64,000 nt of DNA from Blasia pusilla (lineage: Eukaryota): assembly GCA_050084515.1 (NCBI GenBank), contig CM114271.1:5828001-5892000 (forward strand). The letters are read 5' to 3'. Below, piece by piece: positions 50,608 to 61,455 of this stretch. Position 1 is the first letter of the stretch. The number at the start of each line of letters is the position of its first letter. The notes below the pieces were generated by a model. It did not search any database. It saw nothing but the letters and a program-made list of their open reading frames with translations, and was not told the origin of the DNA. The position numbers and the translations under genes were made by a program.

Positions 50608-52818
50608 GTGATTGAGGGGATTACTCGCGAGGTTGAGAGTGATCGGGTGAGAGGGGCTCGAGGGTCATCACGGGGTCCGTTCGGGACTTTGAGAGGTGAG
50701 GTGGTGAACCCGAGAGTAGCTCTAGAGGTTTTACGCGGATTGGCGCGAGGTTCCGAAGGTCTCCACGTGAGGGACCACCTCGACCTCCTTCTGTGTCATC
50801 GTCAGACGAGGGGGAGGGTGTAGAGGAGTTTGTGAGCACATTGCCATACATTGTGAGTGGTCCTACCAGTTGGGCGTACGAGATGGACGACTGGGGTAGA
50901 GGACCGCGTAGGTTTTCATGTGCAGTAGGCACGATTGAGTTGCACAATTTCATAGCAGAGTTTAGGAGTTGGTGCGACTCCCAACGGGCCAGGAAATCTA
51001 GAGAGTTGAACCCGTTTACAACATGGAACGGTATGTTCCAGCATTTAGAGGGGGCGCCCAAGGACAATTACCATGAGTTCTCCCACAGATATGCCCATGA
51101 GATTGAGGCATGGCGACTCTACTATGACCCACACTATGTGTCATGGACGGAGCCGTTCCCAGATGAGGAGGAGGAGCCATGAGAGGCTACTTCCTCTTCC
51201 ACTAGTGATGTTTTAAGAGGGGTCACTCGCACTGGAGCAGTTACACCATCTAGTCGGTTTCGTCCCTGGTTCAACCCCGTGGTTTGAGTTCTTCGCTGAG
51301 TTGAGGGCCATCTACCAAGGGGTATGGACGGAGAAGTTGTGGAGCATCCATGACTTCCAGAGGTGCCCGGGTGAGAGTTTACGTGAGGCTTACACTCGCT
51401 TGTGTCGGTTGATCAACGTCACTTAGGCTATCCAGTCATGTACGCGATGCTGGACCGGACCCTACAGACACGGGTGCGGGAGGGGGTGCTTCTTATGGAC
51501 ACCTCCCCTATATTGAGAGATGTTTTTAGGACCGCCGAGAACATTGAGAGCAACATGGCAGAGGAGAGCGTAGCCACCATGGGTTCTGGGCAAGAGCAGT
51601 CACGATTGGCTGCACCACTTGTGCAGCAACGTGGACTCCGAGATAGGTCGATTGTGGCACCACAAGCTCAAGGAGGATACCGGGAGGCTGTGCCACAGAC
51701 ACATGCGTCTTCATATGCGGCTCAACGATAGCCGCCTACTATTACTTGTTGATCATGTAGTAGAGCCCACCATCAGCGGGATTGCACTCGTCAGGGTCAT
51801 GGACGTGTGCCTTAGTATGGAGGAGGAGATGGTGCTACACCAGGAGGTTATCAATGTGACTATTTTCAGAGGTATGGTCATACACGCGCAAGGTATTTCA
51901 GTTTACATCTTGAGTTACGTCCGAACCGAGGGCTAGAGAGGGCACCAGAGCAAGAAGCCAGTCTGGGTGGACCTAGAGATTGTGCACCAGGTGGTCCCGT
52001 TGGGGGACGAGGAGCTGGAGTTGCCCGAAAGGGTGGTGGAGCTGCCCGTGGAGGAGATAGAGTACCACCACCTAGACACGCTGAGGGCGACGCCGGACGT
52101 GAGGCTGGGATGGCTGCTCAGATACACCAGCTACAGGAGCAGATTGCCGCTATGGCATTGAGGTTACTCGATGCCAGATCCGTGGGCATGGACATCATAT
52201 GGAGCAGCTAGAGATATGGAGGATCCTGGTTGGATGTGCGGGGTTGCCCAGATGGAGGCCGCCGTAGTTGTGACGAGTGGAGCAGCCGTAGAGTTGGATC
52301 CACAGCGAGGGGAAGCCAAAAAACAAACTAGGCTTCCTTAGTCTTTCACGTTGTCCGAAGCGATGAGGACCCCATCGATGGGTCCTCATCAAAGTTCCTG
52401 GAGAGTTGGTGATGTTGTTGGTGTGTAGGCACGGAGGGCGATGGGAGAATCGAATGCGATGACTCATATTTTTGATGCTCAGCAGGGGCATGTGTTGAGC
52501 ACGTTGTTGGGGGCGGCCACCATTGTGTACCGCGCTCCTTTATTTTTTGCTTTCGATGTTATGACATTGGAAGGTACGCCCGCTGAGGCTTTTCGGCTGG
52601 CCGCTACGCTATGTGAGCGTGGAGTTGGAGTTCCTACATCACGTTCAAAGGTGATTGCAGAGGAGGTGATGGACCTGCCCTTGGAGCCGATGCTCGGGCC
52701 GTCCACGTCATATTCATGGCAGGCTGCGGCTGCTAGGATGGGGGAGATGCCCGCTAGACCCGCGAGAGAGCGTGCCATTGCTTCTCCTGGTGTTGTGTTG
52801 CTAGATAACCGAGGATAG
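50608..52818 (+). pseudogene. gag: gag region with two zinc knuckles, disrupted (start approximate)
   Basis: Gag-like GPRRFSC..LHNFIAEFRSWCD..MFQHLEGAP; C*SCSRAHHQRDC (~51747) and CDYFQRYGHTRARYF (~51855) knuckles; last ORF is in frame with the protease across two TAGs. Confidence 0.65.
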
Positions 52819-52827
52819 ATCTTCTAG

Positions 52828-53200
52828 TTGGTGAGTCCCCGAGGTAGAGCTTTCAATCCGCACCGCGTCTTGTTGGATTCAGGAGCGCAACCCCTGATGT
52901 TGGGGAAAGCGTCATTCAGAGGATTGGGCTTGACGAGAGCCGATGTGGAGCGTTGTCCATTCCGGATACAGACATCCTTGGATGGAGTGAGTACCACACA
53001 GTATATCATCCGACAGGAGGTCGTGGTGAGGATTCGCCCGGGACATCCTACAGATGAGTCCGTGGTGCGAGCCAAGGCGATAGTGACTGATGCAGAGTCC
53101 TACGACGTCTTGGTTGGTGGAGCAGTGTTATACCCGATGGGGTTTCCCTTGGATTATTGGGAGGAGTCAGCATCCTACAGAACAGGATGGCACTCAGGTG
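52828..53200 (+). pseudogene. retropepsin aspartic protease domain
   Basis: VLLDSGAQPLMLG (DSG at 52876) and YDVLVGGAVL. Confidence 0.85.
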
Positions 53201-53586
53201 ATGGGTGCCTTAGCTCATTACCCATTCGATTCAGAGGTGCAGTGATCGAGCAACTGCCAAGAGAGATGGCGACCTTAGCAACATTTAGCAGTGCCATCAC
53301 TTGGCCTAGTGATTTGATTGAGGGACATGTCCATGCAGAGAATACTCCCGTTCCTGACATTTCTATGGAGAGGAGTGTTATGGTAGCCACATTATTCCGT
53401 GGAGGAGAGGTGCTTCTTTGGGGCTCGAATGAGGAGCTTCGACGATTGGCAGATGAGCACGTGCAGACCGCGTGGAGCGAGACGTTTGCACCGGAGCGTG
53501 ACGGGTCAGAGGAACCCGAGGTAGCAGGGAGTGCTACGATGACACCCTTGGATACCACACCCATTGTGTGGTGTACCCCGGAGGAG

Positions 53587-54500
53587 GGTATTCGAGTGTT
53601 AGATCTCTTTGGAGGGATTAGCACCGAGTTAGCTGCTGTTTTGCAGGCAGGAGTGCGAGTACAAAAATACCTGTATGTGGAGAGTGATGATGTTGCAAGG
53701 CGCATCTCACTACGACATGTGGCGCACTTACCCCTATGTTTTTCCGACTTATTTTTTCCGCGGTATAGGGATACTAGAGTTCCCTATCGAGGGATATTTC
53801 GTTGTTCGAGGCGCACGACTTGGAGCGGGTAGGGACCATTGATTTGGTCATTTCCGGTTGGCCATGTCAGGTCCAATCGAGTGCTAGACGAGGCAGCGGG
53901 TTGGCTTACACTCGATCCAGGTTATTTTGGGAGATGTTGAGGGTCTTACAGCAGTTGCAGGAGCATTAGTCTCATTCTCCAGCCTACATTCTGGAGAATG
54001 TGCCGATCTTAGGAGACTCCAGGTCACGGGTGGTCACGAGTGCTCATCATGTGCGTGCCTGAATCAGCCTAGCAGTAATCTTGGAGATGACGAGTGTAGG
54101 TTCTAGAGCTTATCGCCTGCGTCTATGGTGGACCAACTTGGTGCCCCATGCGGTGTTACAGAGGGCGTACGCGAGAGTGGAGCACTCCTCCCATTGGTTA
54201 GTGGATTCCATTATGGATCCAGCTCGTCAATCACAGGCAGTGAGGCACGATGATCGACCACCGTTGACTATGGTCAACAGGGTAGGCAGGCCACGAGCAG
54301 CCTTGCCCACTTTAATGAGTTTTCCCGCTTCCTATGCATACAAGGAGGCCGGTCCCGGCTTGGTTTGGGATGAACATGTTCAGCGGTTAGTGGAGCCCAA
54401 CGTCAACGAGAGAGAGAGCGAGCGATGGGATTTCCCACAACAGTGACGGCATGTCTTGGGTCAGGCGATGGACATGAACTGCTTGACATGGATCCTCAGA
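53587..54500 (+). pseudogene. C5 cytosine DNA methyltransferase domain (DNMT3-like, motifs I-X in canonical order) inside the polyprotein
   Basis: GIRVLDLFGGIST (I), YLYVE (II), DI (III), IDLVISGWPCQ (IV, PC at 53862-53867), LFWEMLRVL (V), YILENV (VI, 53994), RAYRLRLWWTNL (VIII), ER..AMGFP (IX), HVLGQAMDMNCL (X); frameshifts near 53755 and 54415-54450 and in-frame stops. Confidence 0.92.
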
Positions 54501-54803
54501 TTGGGAGTGGCTGAGCATCGTCGTATGAGATCGCGACAGCTCACGGCGGTTGCGTTGGTGAGCCCCATGCCTACCGAGACGATGGAGGCAGTGGCTGGGG
54601 GTGAGACCCGAGGAGATCTACACACCAGGGGAGATTGGGAGAGACACCCTTGGACTTCTTGGGATGTTTTGCAAGTACGCCAGGAGATGATAGCCACAGC
54701 ATCGAGCGTGGTTTCGGGCACTGCACGTGGAGGAGATCAGAGTTTGCAGTTGGATGCAAGAGAGCGGCCGAGTGTTGTTGTTCGAGACGGGGTTGCACCA
54801 TAG

Positions 54804-57760
54804 CAACCACCGATACCCATGCCGGAGAGTTCTTCCGTAGTCAGGATGGAGACTTGGGAGCCAAATATGGGCCCTAAGTTGACCGGAGGAGAGCGGCGCC
54901 GAATACATCAGTTCCTCACGAGTTATAGGAGCTCCTCTGCGTTTAGCATGGAGGATTTGGGTACGCTGAAGGGACCGGGGATCTGCATTGAGTTGTCGAG
55001 TGATACGCCGATCTTCCGATGACCCTACAGGTACAGTGATATGGAGAGGGCTCTGATTCAGAGTAGCAGCCAGGACTTGGTCGGAATAGGACTAGTGGAG
55101 ATGTCGCATGGGGAATATGCATCTGCCACTGTCATGCCCACCGAGAAGGATGTGCATGGCAATTGGACGGAAAGGCGGATGTGTGGGGATTATCGACCTA
55201 TCAATCAGCACACGAAGTCCGATAGGTATGCCATGCCCACCCCTGAGGAGATCTTTGATGCGATCGGTCACGCAAAGGTCTTTAGTTCATTGGATTTGCG
55301 AGCCGGATACCATTAGCTGCCTATCAGATTGGAGGACAGGCAAAAGATGACATTTTGGGGCATCGATCCTCACGGGAAGGATTGTTTGTACCAGTGGTGG
55401 TTCTTACCATTTGGGTTAAAGAACGCCCCGGTTGAGTTTCAGAGGGTTATGGATAGGATCTTAGATGGTCTGGATTTTGCTAGGTGTTATATTGATGACA
55501 TCGTAGTCTTTAGCGCCACGGTTGAGGAGCAGAGCGACATCTAGAGGAGGTGTTTCGACGATTGCAATTAAATGGGCTGAAGCTACATCCAGGCAAGTGC
55601 AAGTTCTTCTACGACCAGATTGAGTACTTGGGTCATACGATATATCCATGGGGCCTTGGTGTTCAAGCAGACGAAGGTAGAGGCTATCTCACGCATTCCA
55701 CGCCCTACAAATGTGAGCCATGTTCGCACATTCATGGGATTGGCGAACTTCTATGGACGGTAGGTCAAGGGATTTAGCTCGATTGCGAAGCCGCTGACCT
55801 TGCTGACCAAGGTGGATCACGAGTGGCACTGGGGGGATGAGCAGGAGCGAGCATTTCAGTTGCTCAAGGACAGGTTGACGTCCGCGCCCATCTTGAGGAG
55901 ACCGATGAGGGGGCATCCTTTCTAGTTACACACATATTGGAGCATGTTGGGGCTTGGAGCGGTGCTCACCCAACATGATGATGAGGGTAGAGAGTTCGTG
56001 CTGGCTTACACTAGCCGCTCAAACAACGCTGCAGAGGCAAAGTACAACTCATATTAGGATGAGTGCTTGGCTGTGGTGTGGGCTGTCGCGCATTTTAGGT
56101 GTTACTTATTCGGCAACCCCTTTACCATCAATCACTGAAGTGGTTGATGGAGTCCGACAAGCTTACAGGAAAGCTTGCAAGATGGGCTCTGTTGTTGCAG
56201 GAGTATGATTTTCAGGTGGTACATAGACCTGGGATGCTCAACTAGGATGCAGATGGGTTGAGTTGTAACCCATGTCCGAGTCAGCGAGATGTGACTGGAG
56301 CTCGATGGCATGGAGAGAGTGATGAGGAATCAGTGCCAGGATGGCACGCGTCAGCCTATTTAGGCATGTTGGCTATGAAGAGCCAGAGTGTGGAGACTTC
56401 AATGGCGAGGTCTAGTGGAGAGTCCTTGGATCCCGAGGCCAGTGAGGAGACGACAAATGGCCGAGATATTCATGATGATGGAGTAGTCTTGGAGTACCTT
56501 CGTACTGGCAGCGTTGCGAGCACAGTGGGTGCTAGAGAGGGGGATCGGATCCTACAGCGGGCCAGACGATTCCGTTGGGAGGGGACACATGTTATGAGGG
56601 TTTGGGAGGATGGCAGAGTACGCGTAGTGCCGCATCCTTCCTAGAGAGCACGACTAGTGCAGCATGCCCATGAGGAGTTGGGTCACTTTGGGGTGAAGCG
56701 GACGTATAGCTTGCTCCAGATTCAGTATTGGTGGCGAGGCATGCAGACTGACGTTCAGCACTTTGTTGCGAGGTGCATGGTGTGTGATCAGGTCTCAACA
56801 TCCTTCAATGCTCCAAATCCATAGTTGCATCCATTACCAATCATGGGCTTAGGGTATAGATGGAGTTTGGATTTTGCAGGATCTTTGCCTTTGAAAAAGT
56901 GTCACAGTCGTTATGTGTTGGTGATGGTCGAGCACTTCTCGAAGTGGATCGAGTTGGTTGCATTTCTTGACAAAGCGAGTGAGGGAGTAGCACATGCCTT
57001 CCTAGATCGAGTGCCGAGTCATTAGGGTGCACTGGCTGAGGTGTTGATAGACCAGGGTACCGAGTTTCGCGGTGAATTCCACGCCTTGTGTGATCAGGCG
57101 CTGATCGACCATCGCACGACTTCGCGAGATCATCCCGAGGCGGATGGATTAGGGGAGAGAGTTGTGCAGACAGTGAAGAGAGGTTTATGCAAGTATGGCT
57201 TGCAGAGAGGTCATCTAGGAGATTGGGACCTCTAGTTGCCGTGGTTGGCGATGGGATACAGATTTAGCAAGCAGACATCCTTAGCGTCTTTTTCACCGTA
57301 CTTGCTACTTTATGGCCAAGAGCCAGATTTACCTGCGGCCACTCGTCAAGATGCTGGTGAGGTGCTGGACCTTGATGAACCAGATGTATGGATGCGAGCA
57401 TGTTCTGAGAGGGCTGAGTTGTTTCGGAGAGTGATGCCCATGGCGTTCGAGAACTTGGCGATTGCGCAACATCAAGATACGTTGAGGTATGCGACTATTC
57501 GGGATGGTGGTTATCGACCAACTATCCGGAGGTTTCATCGGGGAGATTATGTCTACTTGCAGCAGACGGCACCGACGACGTTGGATGTGACTGCAGGGCG
57601 TACTATCATGAGAGTGCGTGATATTTTGCCATCCGGTGTTCTCTTGCTGGAGGGACGCGATGGTATGGTATAGAAGGACCATGTGCGTAATTGTGCGCCA
57701 TGTCACCTTCCTAACATTGATGGTACAGTTGATCCGAGCTTAGCAATAGTTCCTGTAGGC
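54804..57760 (+). pseudogene. pol: Ty3/gypsy RT - RNase H - DDE integrase, copy 1
   Basis: RMCGDYRPIN, LDLRAGYH, LPFGLKNAP, YIDD (55488), HAHEELGHFG..CMVC, WSLDFAG, DQGTEF, TTSRDHPEADGLGER. Confidence 0.93.
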
Positions 57761-57766
57761 TTGCGG

Positions 57767-57901
57767 TGTATGTTGTGTGGTTCCGCCCGTGGTGCAACCA
57801 CTATGCTAGTCTCTGATGGATGTTCGAAAGGATGGCATATGGCATGTTTGACGCCACCTCTCATTAGGGTTCCTCAGGGACAATGGATGTATCCCAGATG
57901 T
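57767..57901 (+). pseudogene. PHD finger at the integrase C-terminus
   Basis: CMLCG..MLVSDGCSKGWHMACLTPPLIRVPQGQWMYPRC; copy 2 has CDGC, giving a C4HC3-type consensus (the penultimate Cys is Tyr in both copies). Confidence 0.85.
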
Positions 57902-58074
57902 ACATAGAGTAGGTAGTTCTACATTTTGACTTGTGTCTGTGACATGGATGACAAGAAGGCGACTAACGATGGTGCCACATGAGCTCCCGGACTTCTTGCT
58001 CTTAGCGTCCGAGAGATGTATGTCATGGTAGGTAGGGATAGAAGGCTATCTGGAGTTAGAGGGACCTAACCACC

Positions 58075-58088
58075 AGATAGGGGGGCGA
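58075..58088 (+). promoter_or_regulatory. polypurine tract preceding block B1
   Basis: AGATAGGGGGGCGA; AGGGGGGCGA at the same place in copy 2 (42211). Confidence 0.7.
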
Positions 58089-58219
58089 TTGGAGATATTT
58101 TGGTACTTCTTGTCTCATTGTTTGGATGCCATGAGTTAGCATGGGATCGTGCGTGCGTGTGTGTGTGTGTGTTCGGTGACAGCGATGTATGTTGTGTAGC
58201 GACGTGTATGCGCACGACA
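58089..58219 (+). repeat. terminal repeat block B1
   Basis: TTGGAGATATTTTGG...GCACGACA; direct repeat of 58736-58862. Confidence 0.92.
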
Positions 58220-58221
58220 GC

Positions 58222-58735
58222 TGTCACGTCTCTTAGGATAGATCGGTGAGATCTAGTAGAGCGCCTTCGTGAGTAGCCGAGGACAAGCTAAGTAGGTCAA
58301 GGATGACCTGCTGAGGCCGCGGGAAACTTGAGAGAGAAGGTTTCCCCTTCGTTTCGGCTCATTTGGAGCCATATTGAGGAACTTACTATTTTATGTAAGT
58401 ACCATTTTGAGTATGTGATTGACTTTATATTTTTGGTAAGTGGACCTTGACCTCCTACATCAAGTCAAGAGCCAAGGAGGTGACTTGGGAGCATAGGTTA
58501 CCATAGAGAGAGCTTGGGAGAGGGGAGGGGTATACCTCAAGGAGAGAGAGCTTGAGAGCTCATTCTCTCTTTGTTGAACCTCTTGGCATAAGGCGGCGGA
58601 GCTATGGTCCCTTGCCTTGTGAGTGTAATCCAAACCTCTCATTAGGAGAGTGGGTTTGGTTTGACATGAGAGAGAGTGCACACCTTTGAGAGCTATGGTG
58701 TGAGATGGTGTAGAGAGAGATTGGATCTTACTTTA
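58222..58735 (+). repeat. terminal repeat block A2
   Basis: Direct repeat of 48555-49068. Confidence 0.93.
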
Positions 58736-58862
58736 TTGGAGATATTTTGGTACTTCTTGTCTCGTTGTTTGGATGCTATGAGTTAGCATGGGATCGTGCA
58801 TATTTTTGTGTGTGTACGGTGACAGCGATGTATGTTGTGTAGCGATGTGTATGCGCACGACA
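58736..58862 (+). repeat. terminal repeat block B2
   Basis: Direct repeat of 58089-58219; ends CGACA followed by the TSD. Confidence 0.92.
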
Positions 58863-58872
58863 AAGTGCTAAA

Positions 58873-59073
58873 TCTATATTATTATGGGAGAGTGCCTTCT
58901 TGATCTGCCAACACCTCTCTTGCTGAAAGAAAATATTTCACATGCTACGCGCAACAAGAAAAAATTTGAATTTATTTGCAACATCATTAATCTCTTCCCT
59001 TCACTTCACGAGCTATACACTAGGTGTTCAAACTTTTTTTTTATTTCTCGTGCATCACAGGGCACCTTACTGG
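58873..59073 (+). mobile_element. mini non-autonomous Helitron (same family as 23803)
   Basis: A|TCTATATTATTATGGGAGAGTGCC ... CTCGTGCATCACAGGG ... CTGG|T. Confidence 0.8.
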
Positions 59074-59800
59074 TGTTTGAGAATATTCACAACCATATCC
59101 AGATAAGAAGATTATCTATTTATTCATATTAGTGTATCGATGATAAGCTCTAATTTTTTTTTGTCACGGATGAAAGATCTTAGCATGATTAGAATTCTTA
59201 TTAGATAGGCAGTTACAAGAAATTCTCTTCAAATTTTTCTTATGTCTTTGTTGACAAGATTTTATACCCGTTCTCCCTTGCCATAGCTTTCCATGTTGTA
59301 AAACTTTTCTTCTCCTCTTACTTTGATACTTTTTCTTGGATGTATTTTTTCGGAAAATTAGATGGCTACTTGTTAACATCATAGCACCACTTCTCCATAC
59401 ACTGTTTGGAAAGATGGGTAAAGCTAATAGGTTCAAATCAGAATTGTGTATCATTTTCAAATCTTCAACAAAATATGCCACAAAAAGGGGGCATTTCTTT
59501 GTATAAAATATCTCAAAAAAATTCAAAAGAAAAGAATTACTTTTCCTCTTATAAAACATCTGAAATGTACCCATTCCTAGTTCAAGAGGTTACCTAGTGT
59601 CTAACGGTTCTACAATACACTTGCACTTATTACTTTAGGAAGGTGTGAGCTTTGGACACTTACGCCCTATGGCTTACTTTGAAGACAAAGGTAGGTAGGG
59701 TCCTTACACCCAAGCACACCCTCTATGATCTCTTCGATTACATGTGTGTGTATGAATGCTCACAACAAAGGTCTCTAGTTTAGGATATGTGCCCTTCCAC

Positions 59801-59932
59801 CAAGGGGAATGCCCCTTTCTTCTTTTTCAAGGCCGCATGTGGCCCTTGGACACTTGACTCTTTAAATCCCCCTCTTTTGTTTTTCTGGTGGGCTTCCCAT
59901 CATGCATATTTATTGAAGTTCGTCACTTTCCA
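59801..59932 (+). repeat. dispersed repeat, probable 3' UTR fragment of the CRE-like element
   Basis: Aligns with 26106-26240. Confidence 0.55.
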
Positions 59933-61082
59933 CCAAATGGCTGAACTCCAAATACTTTCACACACACACCCAAGGTCTAAGCTTGTTGACAAGTCCACTA
60001 AGTAAAAAAAATGAATGAGAGTCAACTTAGTGAAGCTGGCCACAAAGTACATATATTACCTCAAAAGTGGCTCAACTTAAGATCCATGCTTGGTCTCCAT
60101 ACTCACGGACCAGAGGTCTAAGCTTGTCAACATGTCTACTCAGTCTAAACTGAATAAAGGACAAAGCAAATTATTAAAAGGAGATGGGGATGTTAGTGTA
60201 AATAAATAAAAAACCATTTTAATTTAAAAACGGGGCTGAACTGCAGATGCATGATTGTTTGGACAGTCAGACACAGTGAGACACACCCGGTCCAGTTTTT
60301 TTCGAGTCACGAGTGCGTGTCTAAATAAACGAGAGTCAACTTAGTGAAGACGCCACAAAGAGAGTGAATATTGTAAAAATCGACCCCATCCCGATACGCC
60401 GTCATTATTAAAGCCCACGGACGCCATCCATCCATCCATCGTTTGTTCCTTCCTTCCTTCCTTCCTTCCATCGGAATCCATCCCTCCGTCGCGTAATCCC
60501 GTCATCAATACACATTCTCATGATGACGTCTCGCTACGGACAAGGACAGGGAGCACTGGAGCAGTGCTGTAAAATTGGAAAGAAGCTCAAAGAAAGATCT
60601 ATGACAAGCACATGCGAGAAGCGGCTACGGATTCACGGAAGGAAGGAAGGACGGACGGACGGACGCCTACGGGCTACCTTTAGCGGACCTTTACGGCAAA
60701 TAAAGTGCCTGCCTGTCAGGAGCACGCGCGACGGCGAGCGGTGCTTCGTACCCCTCTTATGTGGTCGGTCCCCTCGTCTCAATCCGTTCGGTTCTCTTGG
60801 ATGCCATCCATTATGGGAGGCGATTTGCCTCGAGTCCTGTATTATTTTATTTTATTTTGTAATCCTCGATTTGAGGTGATTTAATTTAACGATAAAAACT
60901 GGCTTCGTATGTTATTTTGATGTTATAAAAATAGATGAATTGTCAAAAAATATTAAGGGAGAAACCGCCAGCGAGTCCACAGTGGTTTGGAAAGTCAACT
61001 TCATTAGGATTAACTGGATGGACAAGAGAAGGGCTTATAGTTTTCGTTGACGTGAGAAAATGTGTGGCTCGACTCGAAGCGA

Positions 61083-61455
61083 ACTCGACTTGACTTGTTG
61101 GGGTGAATAATCGTTAGTAGAAAAAGAGAATATATAAAACTTAAGTAGAAAAGTGGATGGAAACCCATCAGGATACAAGCGAGGGGGGCATAGAGAACCA
61201 AAAAACCCCAAGGGCTAAAACCGGTCCCAAAGAGACAGAAGAGGGTCTGTCCCATAACGTCCAAAATCACTAACAGCAGAGACAATATCAGCAACACCTA
61301 GAGAACTATGGCGTCTCCAACCGCCTGAGCCCGCCGTAAAAGCCCATTTGCCTGGGCACGTTGCAAAACTATGGAGACCCGTTGCCTGCAATAAAGTATC
61401 ACAGTGGCTAAGGAAAACCCATTTCTCGACAGGAGATGATGGGCGCAATCCGTAA
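61083..61455 (-). mobile_element. 3' end of a CRE-like non-LTR retrotransposon
   Basis: Minus strand SLATVILYCRQRVSIVLQRAQANGLLRRA, resembling the C-terminal QRISxAxQR motif of RLE-type (CRE) elements; homologous to 30975-31308. Confidence 0.55.

Larger units (their letters stand above)
48555..58862 (+). mobile_element. DNMT/PHD-bearing Ty3/gypsy retrotransposon with split direct repeats, copy 1 (~10.3 kb, pseudogenised)
   Basis: TGTCA...CGACA termini with 4-bp TSD AAGT (48551-48554 / 58863-58866); A1 - leader - gag - PR - DNMT - RT - RH - INT - PHD - PPT - B1 - A2 - B2. Confidence 0.93.

Noticed and set aside
53587-54500. Host DNMT3/DRM gene or bacterial contaminant MTase
   Set aside because: Intronless, in frame with a retropepsin, embedded upstream of RT at the same position in two TE copies and within TSD-flanked termini.
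48555-58862. DIRS/Ngaro tyrosine-recombinase element (suggested by split repeats and a methyltransferase)
   Set aside because: It has an aspartic protease, a HHCC/DDE integrase and a TSD; the MTase is C5 type (PC, ENV), not the adenine type of DIRS; no recombinase motif was seen.
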